NCBI RefSeq assembly: GCF_002563925.1
Contig: NZ_PDJD01000001.1
Location: forward strand, 788,973 to 812,972
Origin: Serinibacter salmoneus
GTDB taxonomy: Bacteria > Actinomycetota > Actinomycetes > Actinomycetales > Beutenbergiaceae
DNA: 24,000 bases
Reading direction: 5' to 3'
Shown here: in pieces, positions 6,940 through 14,822 of the stretch
Position numbering within the stretch: position 1 is the first letter of the stretch
Layout: each line of letters begins with the position of its first letter
Made by a program: the position numbers and the translations under genes
Notes under the pieces: generated by a model
Seen by the model: the letters and a program-made list of their open reading frames with translations, nothing else
Databases searched by the model: none
What the model was told of the DNA's origin: nothing

Positions 6940-8439
6940 TCAGCGCTCGTCCTCGGGGGGCTGCACCGTCCGGTCCTGCTCCCCGGTTCCCTCATCCGGC
7001 GGCGCATCGGATGCCCGATCCGCGCCACCGAGGATCTCGGCCAGGGCGGCATCCAGATCAGCCTCGCCCTGCGCCGTCGCTCGCCGCCGCGCGGAGAACT
7101 CCTTCGGCACATCCAGGTCGTCGCCGTCGGGCAACAGGTCGGGGTGGGCCCACAGCGAGTCGCGCAGCTCCCAGCCGCCCTCCGCCTCCAGGGTGGCCCA
7201 CAGGGTGGCGGCCTCGCGGGCACGCCGGGGGCGCAGGTGCAGGCCCACCAGGGTGGCGAAGACCTGCTCGGCGGAACCGCCAGCGGCGCGCCGCCGCCGC
7301 AGCATCTCGCGCAGCGGGATCGCGTGGGTCAGGTGCGGGGCCACGGCCTGCGCCGATACGTGCTCCACCCAGCCCTCCACCAGGGCCAGGGCGGTCTCCA
7401 GCCGCTCCAGGGCAGCCTTCTGCTCGGGCGTGGTACTGGCCTGGAACACCCCACCGGACATGGCGCGCCGCAGCGCCTCCGGGTCGCTGGGGTCGATCTC
7501 GCGGATCGCCTCCTCCATGGCCTGCAGGTCGAGGTCGATCCCGCGGGCGTACTCCTCCACCAGGCCCAGGATGTGGGCGCGCAGCCACGGCACGTGGGCG
7601 TAGAGGCGTACGTGGGCCACCTCGCGCACCGCAAGCATGTGCAGCACCTCGCTCTCGGAGGCGTCCAGGCCCTCGGCGAACTCCGCCACGTTCGCCCACA
7701 CCAACGCGGTCGCAGGCTCCTCGACCAACGGCAGCCCGGGATCGGAGGTGCCGAACGCCTCCCGGGCCAGGGTCCCGGCGGCCTGCCCGACCTGCATCCC
7801 GAAGACCATCGAGGCGAACTGGCGCAGCATCGTGGCCGGGTTCAGCCCCGGCATCCCCGGCAGGCCGGCGCCACCGGGCATGCCCGGCATCTGGGGCAAC
7901 TCCGGCAAGCCCATGGCTCCCATGTCCGGGGTGATGCCGCCCTCGGCGAGCATGGTGGTGAGGGTCTCGGCGACCGAGTCCAACACGGGCCCGGTGACCC
8001 GCTTCCAGGTCGGCATCGTCGCCTCCACCCACTGGGCGCGCGACCAGGCCGACCGGGGCGTCGCCGCGGCCGGCATGTCGGTCGCGGCGTCCAGCCAGAG
8101 GTCGGCCACGCTCAACGCGGAGGTGACGCGGCGCGCGTGCTCGTGGGTGACGCTGGGGTCGCCCCCGGTGTGGGCGACCTGGCGCGCGAGGTCGTGTGCC
8201 ACCTGCCAGTTCACGCTGGCATCCCCGCCGGAGGCCATCATGCGCTGCATCTGCATCATCATGGCCTGGATCGCGGCGGGGTCCGTGGGCAGGTTCGCCG
8301 CCCCGGCCATCTGTGCGGGATCGAAGCCGGAGGCCTCCAGGGCGGACATCGCCTCGCGGGCGCCCTCCTCGCCGAGCACCTGCCGCAGGATCATCTCCCA
8401 CCGTTCGCGGGCGCCGTCTCCGGATGTGGGCTCTGTCAT
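6940..8439 (-). CDS. Zincin-like protein of the actinobacterial DUF2342 (putative zinc-dependent metalloprotease) family
   Basis: Track ORF 6940..8466. I prefer the ATG at the complement of 8437-8439 (MTEPTSGDG...) because GGGAGG lies 5 nt upstream. The family call rests on overall layout: VNWQVAHDLARQVA near the N-terminus, a PGMPG-rich linker, and AVREVAHVRLYAHVPWLRAHI. Position in the conserved block also supports it. The plus-strand ORF 6586..8604 is a shadow. Confidence 0.7.
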   Translation of the reverse strand: MTEPTSGDGARERWEMILRQVLGEEGAREAMSALEASGFDPAQMAGAANLPTDPAAIQAMMMQMQRMMASGGDASVNWQVAHDLARQVAHTGGDPSVTHEHARRVTSALSVADLWLDAATDMPAAATPRSAWSRAQWVEATMPTWKRVTGPVLDSVAETLTTMLAEGGITPDMGAMGLPELPQMPGMPGGAGLPGMPGLNPATMLRQFASMVFGMQVGQAAGTLAREAFGTSDPGLPLVEEPATALVWANVAEFAEGLDASESEVLHMLAVREVAHVRLYAHVPWLRAHILGLVEEYARGIDLDLQAMEEAIREIDPSDPEALRRAMSGGVFQASTTPEQKAALERLETALALVEGWVEHVSAQAVAPHLTHAIPLREMLRRRRAAGGSAEQVFATLVGLHLRPRRAREAATLWATLEAEGGWELRDSLWAHPDLLPDGDDLDVPKEFSARRRATAQGEADLDAALAEILGGADRASDAPPDEGTGEQDRTVQPPEDER

Positions 8440-8594
8440 CACGCCTCCCGTCGCTGTGCGGCTCACTCGCCGTCGGCCTCCAACGTATCCCGCAGCACGC
8501 GCCGGTGGACGCCGTGGCGGCAGCCTTTCGCTGACGGCGCAGGATCAGCCGCAGGGGGAGGGCGCAGGATCCTGTCAGGCACCTGGGTGAGAAT

Positions 8595-9749
8595 GTGCGG
8601 GTGACCCAGCCCCCGAGCGACCGTGAGCAGACCGCTGTGCACTATGACCCGTTGCCGCTGCCCCGGCGCTCCGCCGGGGTCTCGGTGCGCGTGCTCGCGA
8701 TCGCTGTGGCGCTGTGCGCCCTGCTGACCCTGGCACTGATCATCCCGGTGCCCTACGTGGTGCGCACCCCGGGCCCGACTGTGGACACCCTGGGCGAGAG
8801 CGGGGAGACCACCCTGATCACGGTCCCTGCCGACCAGGAGTTCGACTCCGAGGGCGAACTGCGGTTGACGACCGTGTCGGCCTACGGCGGCCCCGGGTAC
8901 CCGGTGGGTGCCGTGCGCGTGCTGCAGTCGCTGTTCGACGACACGTCCTCGGTGCTGCCGCGCGAAGCGCTCTTCCCCGACGACCAGAGTGCCGAGGAGA
9001 CCGCCGAGGCGTCGCAGGTGCAGATGAGCACCTCCCAGGAGAACGCGACCGTCGCGGCGTTGGAGGAGCTCGGCTACGAGGTGCCCGCCACCCTCACCGT
9101 CGCCGGGGTGGTGGAGGGCACCGGGGCAGTGGACGTGCTCTCCGAGGGCGACCTGCTGCTGGGTGTGGGTTCCTCCGAGGACGAGGTCACCGAGGTGAAC
9201 GGGATGCGGGAGCTGTCCGAGGCGCTCGCCGTGATCCCCGCCGGCACCGAGGCATCCGTGCTGATCGAGCGCGACGGCGAGGACCAGGTGGTCGCGCTCG
9301 TCACCGGGGACGACGGTGAGGGCGGCAGCGTGCTGGGCGTGCTGGTGGCCCCGGAGGTGACACCCCCCGTGCAGGTGGACATCGCGCTGGAGAACATCGG
9401 CGGACCCTCGGCCGGGATGATGTTCGCCCTGGGCATCATGGAGCGCCTGACCGAGGGCGACGCCACGGGCGGTGAGGTGATCGCCGGCACCGGCACGATG
9501 AGCATGAGCGGGGAGGTCGGAGCGATCGGCGGGATCCAGCAGAAGCTCGCCGGCGCCAGGCGTGATGGGGCGACGGCGTTCCTGGCACCCGCGGACAACT
9601 GCGATGAGGTGGTGGGCCATGAGCCCGAGGGGCTGACCGTGGTCGCGGTCAGCACCCTGGGGGAGGCGTGGGACGCGGTGACCGCGATCGGCGCCGGGGA
9701 GAGCGCCGACCTGCCCACCTGCGAGGACGTGCTGGCACAGGCCGACTGA
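8595..9749 (+). CDS. Membrane-anchored PDZ domain / Lon-protease C-terminal (S16) serine protease, YlbL/SdrC-like
   Basis: ORF 8595..9749 with a GTG start; GTG at 8601 is also possible. The N-terminal TM helix is VLAIAVALCALLTLALIIPV. The central region is PDZ-like. The Lon_C signature is IGGPSAGMMFALGIMERLT...IAGTGTMSMSGEVGAIGGIQQKLAGARRDGATAFLAP, giving a Ser-Lys dyad context. Confidence 0.85.
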   Translation: MRVTQPPSDREQTAVHYDPLPLPRRSAGVSVRVLAIAVALCALLTLALIIPVPYVVRTPGPTVDTLGESGETTLITVPADQEFDSEGELRLTTVSAYGGPGYPVGAVRVLQSLFDDTSSVLPREALFPDDQSAEETAEASQVQMSTSQENATVAALEELGYEVPATLTVAGVVEGTGAVDVLSEGDLLLGVGSSEDEVTEVNGMRELSEALAVIPAGTEASVLIERDGEDQVVALVTGDDGEGGSVLGVLVAPEVTPPVQVDIALENIGGPSAGMMFALGIMERLTEGDATGGEVIAGTGTMSMSGEVGAIGGIQQKLAGARRDGATAFLAPADNCDEVVGHEPEGLTVVAVSTLGEAWDAVTAIGAGESADLPTCEDVLAQAD

Positions 9750-9767
9750 ACCTCCCGGGCGCGGCGC

Positions 9768-10352
9768 TCAGTCCTCCAGGGTGACGGCCAGCGCGGCCAC
9801 CAGCCCCGGCACGAGGTCGGCGCCGCCCATCACCTGGTCGTCGGTGTCGTGGCTGCGGGCCCGCAGCGCGCACCAGCGTTCACCCGAGCGCAGCACCCCG
9901 GCGGCCATCCGCACGTCCTGGGCGTCCTCCCGCTGCGCGAGGGCGGCCACGGCCTGCGGGTCGTCCGTGTCCACCTCGGCCTCCGCGGAGGGCGGCACCA
10001 CCACGCGCTCGATCACGATCGCCGCCCCGTCAACGCTCTCGGGCCAGGAGATCTGCGCGAGCAGGTCCTCCAGGGTCTCCGCCTCCGGTAGCCCCTCCTG
10101 CTCCACCGCAATGAGCTGGTGGGGATCGCCGTCGGGCTCCGGCAGCATCGAGGCAAGCGAGGGGTCCTCCGCCAGCGCCTCGGCCAGGCGCACCAGGGCG
10201 AACAGTCGCATCGGGGCGTCCCATCCGGCGCCCGCCACGTGGGCCTCGGTCTCGCGCAGGCACCGCGCGAGCGCGGCGGTGGCATCCGGGGCGTCGGCGC
10301 GGGAAGGGGGCGTGGCGTCGGCGGCGTGGGTGGGATCGACGGGTTCGCTCAT
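9768..10352 (-). CDS. Conserved acidic hypothetical protein (I believe this is the family RefSeq calls PPA1309)
   Basis: ORF 9768..10352, 194 aa, with a good coding frame and high GC3. There are no catalytic motifs I can name. It lies between the PDZ-Lon and UPF0182 genes, as in related actinobacteria (from memory). Confidence 0.6.
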   Translation of the reverse strand: MSEPVDPTHAADATPPSRADAPDATAALARCLRETEAHVAGAGWDAPMRLFALVRLAEALAEDPSLASMLPEPDGDPHQLIAVEQEGLPEAETLEDLLAQISWPESVDGAAIVIERVVVPPSAEAEVDTDDPQAVAALAQREDAQDVRMAAGVLRSGERWCALRARSHDTDDQVMGGADLVPGLVAALAVTLED

Positions 10353-10520
10353 GGCCCCAGTCTTTCAGGCGCGAGGGGCGTGCCGGGAGCGGGTGACTGC
10401 GCGCGTGCGCCACGTGTGAAACTTGTGTGAGGGTGGCGGCGTTGTCCTACCAGCGCCGCTCGTCCGTGTGTTGCCGTGCGGCAGCGCGTCCTGTCCTCGA
10501 CCTGAAGGTGCTGAATAGCT

Positions 10521-13500
10521 GTGACCACCACCGCTGGTGCCCGGCCCGATCGCCGGAGATCCGCCCTGTGGATCACGTTCCTCGTCCTCGCCGTGCTCGT
10601 GATCGCCGTGTTCGCCTCGGCGGGCCTGATCACGGAGTGGATGTGGTTCTCCCAACTCGACGCGACTCAGGTGCTCTCCACGCAGTGGATCTCCCGCATC
10701 GTGCTGTTCGTGATCGGCGCGGTCCTCATGGGCGGGCTGACTTTCCTCAACCTGCACCTGGCCTACCGCAATCGGCCGGTGTATGCGCCCGTCACCCCGG
10801 AGCAGCGCAACCTGGACCGCTACCGCGAGGCCGTGGAGCCGCTGCGCCGTGCCGTGCTGATCGGCGCGCCGGTCGTGCTCGGGTTCTTCGGGGGCGCCGC
10901 GGCCTCCGCGCAGTGGCAGACCGTGCTGGTGGCGATGAACGCCCAGTCCTTCGGTATCACCGACCCGCAGTTCGGGATCGACCTGTCCTTCTACACGTTC
11001 ACGCTGCCGCTGCTGCGGTTCATCGTGTCCTTCGTGATGGCGCTGCTGGTGATCTCCGGGATCGCGGCCGTGGTGACGCACTACCTCTACGGGGGTCTGC
11101 AGGTCGGCCAGGGCCCGCACGTCACCCGCGCCGCCCGCATCCAGCTCGCCGTGATCGGCGCCCTGCTGGCGCTGACCATCGCCGCCTCGTACTGGCTGGA
11201 CCGCTACTCGCTGCTGACCAACGAGGGTGAGCGGTTCGACGGCGCCTCCTACACCGACATCAACGCGGTGCTGCCCGGGCGCGAGATCCTCGCGGGTATC
11301 GCCGTGGTGGTCGCGATCATGCTCGTGGTCGCCGCCGTGTGGGGGAGTTGGAAGTTGCCCGCCGTGGCCGCCGGCCTCATGGTCGTCTCCGGGATCGTGC
11401 TCGGGGGGATCTACCCGGCGCTGGTGCAGCGCTTCCAGGTGGTGCCGAACGAGCAGTCCCTGGAGCAGCCCTATATCCAGCGCAACATCGACGCAACCCT
11501 GGGCGCCTACGACCTGCAGGACATCGAGACCATCCCCTACTCCGCGACCACGGAGGCCGAGCAGGGCGCGCTGCGGGAGGACGCGGAGTCCACCGCGAGC
11601 ATCCGCCTCATGGACCCCTCGATCGTCTCCCCGACCTTCCAGCAGCTGCAGCAGATCCGCCAGTACTACGCCTTCCCGGACGTGCTCTCGGTGGATCGGT
11701 ACGACATCGAGGGTCAGGAGCGTCAGGACACCGTGATCTCGGTGCGGGAACTCGACCTGAACGGCTTGGGCGCCGACCAGCGCAACTGGACCAACGATCA
11801 CACCGTCTACACCCACGGCTTCGGCGTCGTGGCCGCCTACGGCAACACCCCCGGGGCGGGCGGGCAGCCGGAGTTCTTCGAGGGCGACATCCCCAGCACC
11901 GGCGAGCTCGGCGAGTACGAACCGCGGATCTACTTCGGCCAGAACTCCCCGACCTACTCCATCGTGGGGGCGCCGGAGGGCACCGCGCCGTGGGAGGTGG
12001 ACTTCCCCTCCGACGAGTCCGAGGGTGAGGTCCTGTCCACCTACACCGGCGACGGTGGACCGCAGATCACCAACCTGTTCATGCGGGCGCTGTACGCGAT
12101 CAAGTTCGGCAGTCAGGAGATCCTCTTCTCCGACCGTGTCACCGATGTCTCGCAGGTGCTGTGGGACCGCGATCCACGCACCCGCGTGGAGAAGGTCGCC
12201 CCGTTCCTGACGGTGGACTCCCGCACCTACCCGGCCGTGGTCGACACCGACGGGGACGGGACCAAGGAGGTCGTGTGGGTGGTGGACGCCTACACCACCT
12301 CCAACGACTACCCCTACTCCGCGCGTCAGCAGCTGGAGGAGGCCACGGTCGACTCCCTGCTGGTGGAGCAGACCGGTCAGCAGATCGTGCTGAACCAGCC
12401 GGACAACATCAACTACATCCGCAACTCGGTCAAGGCCGTGGTGAACGCCTACGACGGCAGCGTCACGCTGTACGCGTGGGAGCCGGAGGACCCGGTCCTG
12501 TCCACCTGGAACGAGGTGTACCCGGGCCTGGTGAAGTCCATCGACGGCATCTCCGGTGACCTGATGGCGCACGTGCGCTACCCGGAGGACATGTTCAAGG
12601 TGCAGCGCACCCTGCTGAACACCTACCACGTGACGGACGCGGCCCAGTTCTTCGCCGGGTCGGACTTCTGGCGCACGCCGGAGGACCCGACCTCGGAGGG
12701 CAACGTGGCGCAGCCCCCGTACTACCTCACCCTGCGGATGCCGGGCGAGGAGGAGGCGGCGTTCTCGCTGACCACGTCCTTCATCCTGGACGCCTCCAAC
12801 CGCAACGTGCTGCGCGGGTTCGCGGCCGTCTCCGGTGATGCCGGGGACGAGGACGGCGTGATCGGCGAGGGCTACGGCAAGATCCGGTTGCTGGAACTGC
12901 CCAGCGGTCTGGCGATCCCGGGGCCCGGTCAGGTGCAGAACAACTTCGACACCGATCAGGACGCCGCGGACACCCTGAACATCCTGGACTCCCAGGGTTC
13001 GGAGGCGGTGCGAGGCAACCTGCTCACGCTGCCGGTGGGCGGCGGGTTCCTGTACGTGCAGCCGGTGTACGCCCAGGCCTCCCAGGGCACCCAGTACCCG
13101 CTGCTGCGGTACGTGCTGGTGGCCTTCGGCGACGAGATCGGGTTCGCCACCACGCTGGACGAGGCGCTGGACCAGGTCTTCGGCGGCGACTCCGGCGCGG
13201 AGGCGGGCGACGCCGACGTGGACCCGGACACCCTCGACCCCGACGGCACCCTGGTGCCCGAGGTGGAGGAGCCCGGCGAGGAGGCCACGCAGGAGCCGAC
13301 GACGGAGCCCACCGAGGGTTCGACGTCCGGTTCCGGCACCCCGGGGGCCGACACGGGCATCGCCACGCCGGACACCTCCACGGCCGAGGGCCGACTCGCG
13401 CAGGCGCTGATCGACGCCGGTGCGGCGATCGAGGCGTCCAACGAGGCCCAGACCAGCGGGGACTGGGCCGCCTACGGCGAGGCGCAGGATGCGCTGAACG

Positions 13501-13553
13501 ATGCGCTGCAGCGCGCGATCGATGCGCAGATCGAGATCGACAACGCCGGCTGA
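10521..13553 (+). CDS. UPF0182 family large integral membrane protein (Rv3193c-like)
   Basis: ORF 10521..13553, 1010 aa, GTG start. It has about 7 N-terminal hydrophobic helices (for example LWITFLVLAVLVIAVFASAGLI and IVLFVIGAVLMGGLTFLNL). A large extracytoplasmic domain follows, then an acidic low-complexity tail and a terminal helix. Size and layout match UPF0182. Confidence 0.85.
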   Translation: MTTTAGARPDRRRSALWITFLVLAVLVIAVFASAGLITEWMWFSQLDATQVLSTQWISRIVLFVIGAVLMGGLTFLNLHLAYRNRPVYAPVTPEQRNLDRYREAVEPLRRAVLIGAPVVLGFFGGAAASAQWQTVLVAMNAQSFGITDPQFGIDLSFYTFTLPLLRFIVSFVMALLVISGIAAVVTHYLYGGLQVGQGPHVTRAARIQLAVIGALLALTIAASYWLDRYSLLTNEGERFDGASYTDINAVLPGREILAGIAVVVAIMLVVAAVWGSWKLPAVAAGLMVVSGIVLGGIYPALVQRFQVVPNEQSLEQPYIQRNIDATLGAYDLQDIETIPYSATTEAEQGALREDAESTASIRLMDPSIVSPTFQQLQQIRQYYAFPDVLSVDRYDIEGQERQDTVISVRELDLNGLGADQRNWTNDHTVYTHGFGVVAAYGNTPGAGGQPEFFEGDIPSTGELGEYEPRIYFGQNSPTYSIVGAPEGTAPWEVDFPSDESEGEVLSTYTGDGGPQITNLFMRALYAIKFGSQEILFSDRVTDVSQVLWDRDPRTRVEKVAPFLTVDSRTYPAVVDTDGDGTKEVVWVVDAYTTSNDYPYSARQQLEEATVDSLLVEQTGQQIVLNQPDNINYIRNSVKAVVNAYDGSVTLYAWEPEDPVLSTWNEVYPGLVKSIDGISGDLMAHVRYPEDMFKVQRTLLNTYHVTDAAQFFAGSDFWRTPEDPTSEGNVAQPPYYLTLRMPGEEEAAFSLTTSFILDASNRNVLRGFAAVSGDAGDEDGVIGEGYGKIRLLELPSGLAIPGPGQVQNNFDTDQDAADTLNILDSQGSEAVRGNLLTLPVGGGFLYVQPVYAQASQGTQYPLLRYVLVAFGDEIGFATTLDEALDQVFGGDSGAEAGDADVDPDTLDPDGTLVPEVEEPGEEATQEPTTEPTEGSTSGSGTPGADTGIATPDTSTAEGRLAQALIDAGAAIEASNEAQTSGDWAAYGEAQDALNDALQRAIDAQIEIDNAG

Positions 13554-13588
13554 TCTCGCGGGCGCCGGCTGAGCCCGGCGCACCTCGA

Positions 13589-13622
13589 CTGCGGGGCCGT
13601 GGCGACCGCCACGGCCCCGCAG
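13589..13622 (+). terminator. Stem-loop downstream of the UPF0182 gene (candidate intrinsic terminator)
   Basis: This is a perfect 15-bp inverted repeat, CTGCGGGGCCGTGGC / GCCACGGCCCCGCAG, with a 4-nt loop (GACC). It starts 36 nt after the stop codon. Only a weak T stretch (CGTTGG) follows. Confidence 0.55.
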
Positions 13623-13640
13623 CGTTGGAATCCTGCCGAT

Positions 13641-13669
13641 TTGGTTCCTGGGTGATCCTGCCGTAGAGT
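13641..13669 (+). promoter_or_regulatory. Candidate promoter for the tRNA gene
   Basis: The -35-like hexamer is TTGGTT (13641-13646). After a 17-nt spacer comes the -10-like hexamer TAGAGT (13664-13669, fits TANNNT). This places the start about 6-12 nt before the mature tRNA 5' end at 13682. Confidence 0.45.
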
Positions 13670-13681
13670 AGTCCAAGCCGA

Positions 13682-13758
13682 CGCGGGGTGGAGCAGTTCG
13701 GTAGCTCGCCGGGCTCATAACCCGGAGGTCGCAGGTTCGAATCCTGCCCCCGCTACCA
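13682..13758 (+). tRNA. Initiator tRNA-Met (anticodon CAT), 77 nt with encoded CCA
   Basis: I folded the cloverleaf by hand. The acceptor stem is CGCGGGG/CCCCGCT with a C1-U72 mismatch. The D stem is GAGC/GCTC. The anticodon stem is CCGGG/CCCGG, which supplies the three consecutive G-C pairs. The anticodon loop is CTCATAA. The T arm is GCAGG-TTCGAAT-CCTGC, and the 3' end is ACCA. The 1-72 mismatch and the 3 G-C pairs are hallmarks of bacterial initiator tRNA. Confidence 0.93.
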
Positions 13759-13762
13759 GGGA

Positions 13763-13810
13763 AACGGCCCGGTCTCAACGAGAGTTGAGACCGGGCCGTT
13801 CGCTTTCTCC
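13763..13810 (+). terminator. Strong intrinsic terminator after the tRNA
   Basis: This is a perfect 17-bp inverted repeat, AACGGCCCGGTCTCAAC / GTTGAGACCGGGCCGTT (13763-13800), with loop GAGA. The T-containing tail CGCTTTCTCC follows. Confidence 0.75.
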
Positions 13811-13855
13811 GGGGCACGTTGGCTGCCGGGGGAGCCAGGTTCCTACCACCCGGGA

Positions 13856-13882
13856 GGAATGCGACGGCCCCGCCGCCGGGTT
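13856..13882 (+). promoter_or_regulatory. Candidate ECF-type (SigR/SigH-like) autoregulatory promoter, GGAAT-N19-GTT
   Basis: GGAAT lies at 13856-13860 and GTT at 13880-13882. The known SigR/SigH-class consensus is GGAAT-N18-GTT, so the spacing here is 1 nt longer. It sits about 40 nt upstream of my preferred sigma start codon. Confidence 0.3.
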
Positions 13883-13923
13883 CCTCACCCAGACACCCAC
13901 CCCCGGACCACCTGGAGTTGCCC

Positions 13924-14547
13924 GTGGTGACCCGTGACGTGAACGAAGACCTCGATCCCGAGGCCTGCCCGACCTCGGGCCCCGCGCCGGGCGAGGTCGC
14001 TGCCGCTCAGCGCGAGCAACGCCGCGCCTTCGCGGCCGTGGTGGAACCCGAGATCGAGATGATGTGGCGGGTGGCGCGCGGGCTCAGCGGGTCCACCGCC
14101 GATGCCGAGGACCTGCTGCAGGAGTCCCTCGTCCGCGCCTTCCGTGCGGTGGATCGGTTCGACGGACGCCACCCGCGGGCGTGGCTGCTGACGATTGTGC
14201 GCAACACCCACCTCAATCTGCACCGCCGACGCAGGCCGATCGTGGTGGACGACTCCGAACTCATCAACGCCTCCCGCCCCGCTTTCGGCGCGCACCAGGC
14301 GCCCGGTGCGGAGGAGGTCTACGTCACCCAGGAACTCGACGCCGCCCTGAGCGAGGCGATCGGCGCGCTCGACGCGAGATTGCGCTCCGCACTCCTGCTC
14401 GTGGACGTCCACGACCTCTCCTACGCGGAGGCCGCCGCCGTGCTCGGCGTCCCGATCGGCACCGTCATGTCCCGTCTGAGCAGGGCGCGCAAGCGGCTGC
14501 GGATCCGACTCGCGCCCACCCTTCGACCCATGCGAGGAGAACCATGA
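13924..14547 (+). CDS. ECF (group 4) RNA polymerase sigma-70 family factor
   Basis: This is the frame of track ORF 13819..14547, which has a TTG start. I prefer GTG at 13924, with GGAG at 13914-13917 and a 6-nt spacer. Region 2 is DAEDLLQESLVRAFRAVDRFDGRHPRAWLLTIVRNTHLNLHRRR. Region 4 is LSYAEAAAVLGVPIGTVMSRLSRARKRLR. The exact start is uncertain. Confidence 0.85.
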   Translation: MVTRDVNEDLDPEACPTSGPAPGEVAAAQREQRRAFAAVVEPEIEMMWRVARGLSGSTADAEDLLQESLVRAFRAVDRFDGRHPRAWLLTIVRNTHLNLHRRRRPIVVDDSELINASRPAFGAHQAPGAEEVYVTQELDAALSEAIGALDARLRSALLLVDVHDLSYAEAAAVLGVPIGTVMSRLSRARKRLRIRLAPTLRPMRGEP

Positions 14548-14822
14548 TCACCACGATCCGGGAACTGATGCGCTGTCACTGGACCGGGCGCCGGATCCCG
14601 CGCTACCTCGACCACGACCCGGCCGCGCCACTGACGCCCGCGGAGGTCGAGCGCGTCGAGGAGCACCTCGAGGCGTGCGGCAGGTGCCGCGAGGCGGTCC
14701 GGGAGAACCGGGTGTTGCGGCTGGCGATGTCCCGGATCCCGCAGCGCGTGCCGATGGACCCCGGCACCCTGGAGCGGATGCGCCGCATGGTCACCGACTG
14801 GGCCGAGGGGCAGGAGGGATGA
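14544..14822 (+). CDS. Soluble zinc-binding anti-sigma factor (zf-HC2 / ZAS, RsrA-RshA-like), 92 aa
   Basis: The ATG at 14544 overlaps the sigma stop (ATGA at 14544-14547), with GAGGAGA upstream. The sequence is MITTIRELMRCHWTG...VEEHLEACGRCREAV. This gives Cys11 plus the H41-x3-C45-x2-C48 motif. No transmembrane segment is present. In the track it is hidden inside ORF 14064..14822. Confidence 0.8.
   Translation: MITTIRELMRCHWTGRRIPRYLDHDPAAPLTPAEVERVEEHLEACGRCREAVRENRVLRLAMSRIPQRVPMDPGTLERMRRMVTDWAEGQEG

Noticed and set aside
6586-8604. 672-aa plus-strand ORF (also 6689..7603, 7011..7934, 7637..8590 and 7058..8401)
   Set aside because: All of these overlap the minus-strand zincin-like gene in other frames or on the other strand. 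The translations are Arg/Pro/Gly-rich with no motifs. The minus-strand 6940..8439 frame has a real domain-like sequence and an SD.
8463-9620. 385-aa minus-strand ORF opposite the PDZ-Lon gene, and 14603..15535 opposite the reductase
   Set aside because: These are antisense shadows of genes with clear catalytic motifs (GPSAG/QK and the C-x4-C FAD reductase). They have no motifs of their own.
10365-13817. 1150-aa minus-strand ORF opposite the UPF0182 gene, running through the tRNA
   Set aside because: It is antisense to a gene with clear membrane-protein features. It overlaps a tRNA and two terminator hairpins, and its composition is low-complexity and Arg/Gly/His-rich.
13819-13923. TTG start at 13819 for the ECF sigma factor
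   Set aside because: It would begin only 9 nt after the tRNA terminator tail and add a Pro-rich 35-aa extension covering the candidate promoter. GTG 13924 has a well-spaced GGAG. This is not excluded, only less likely.
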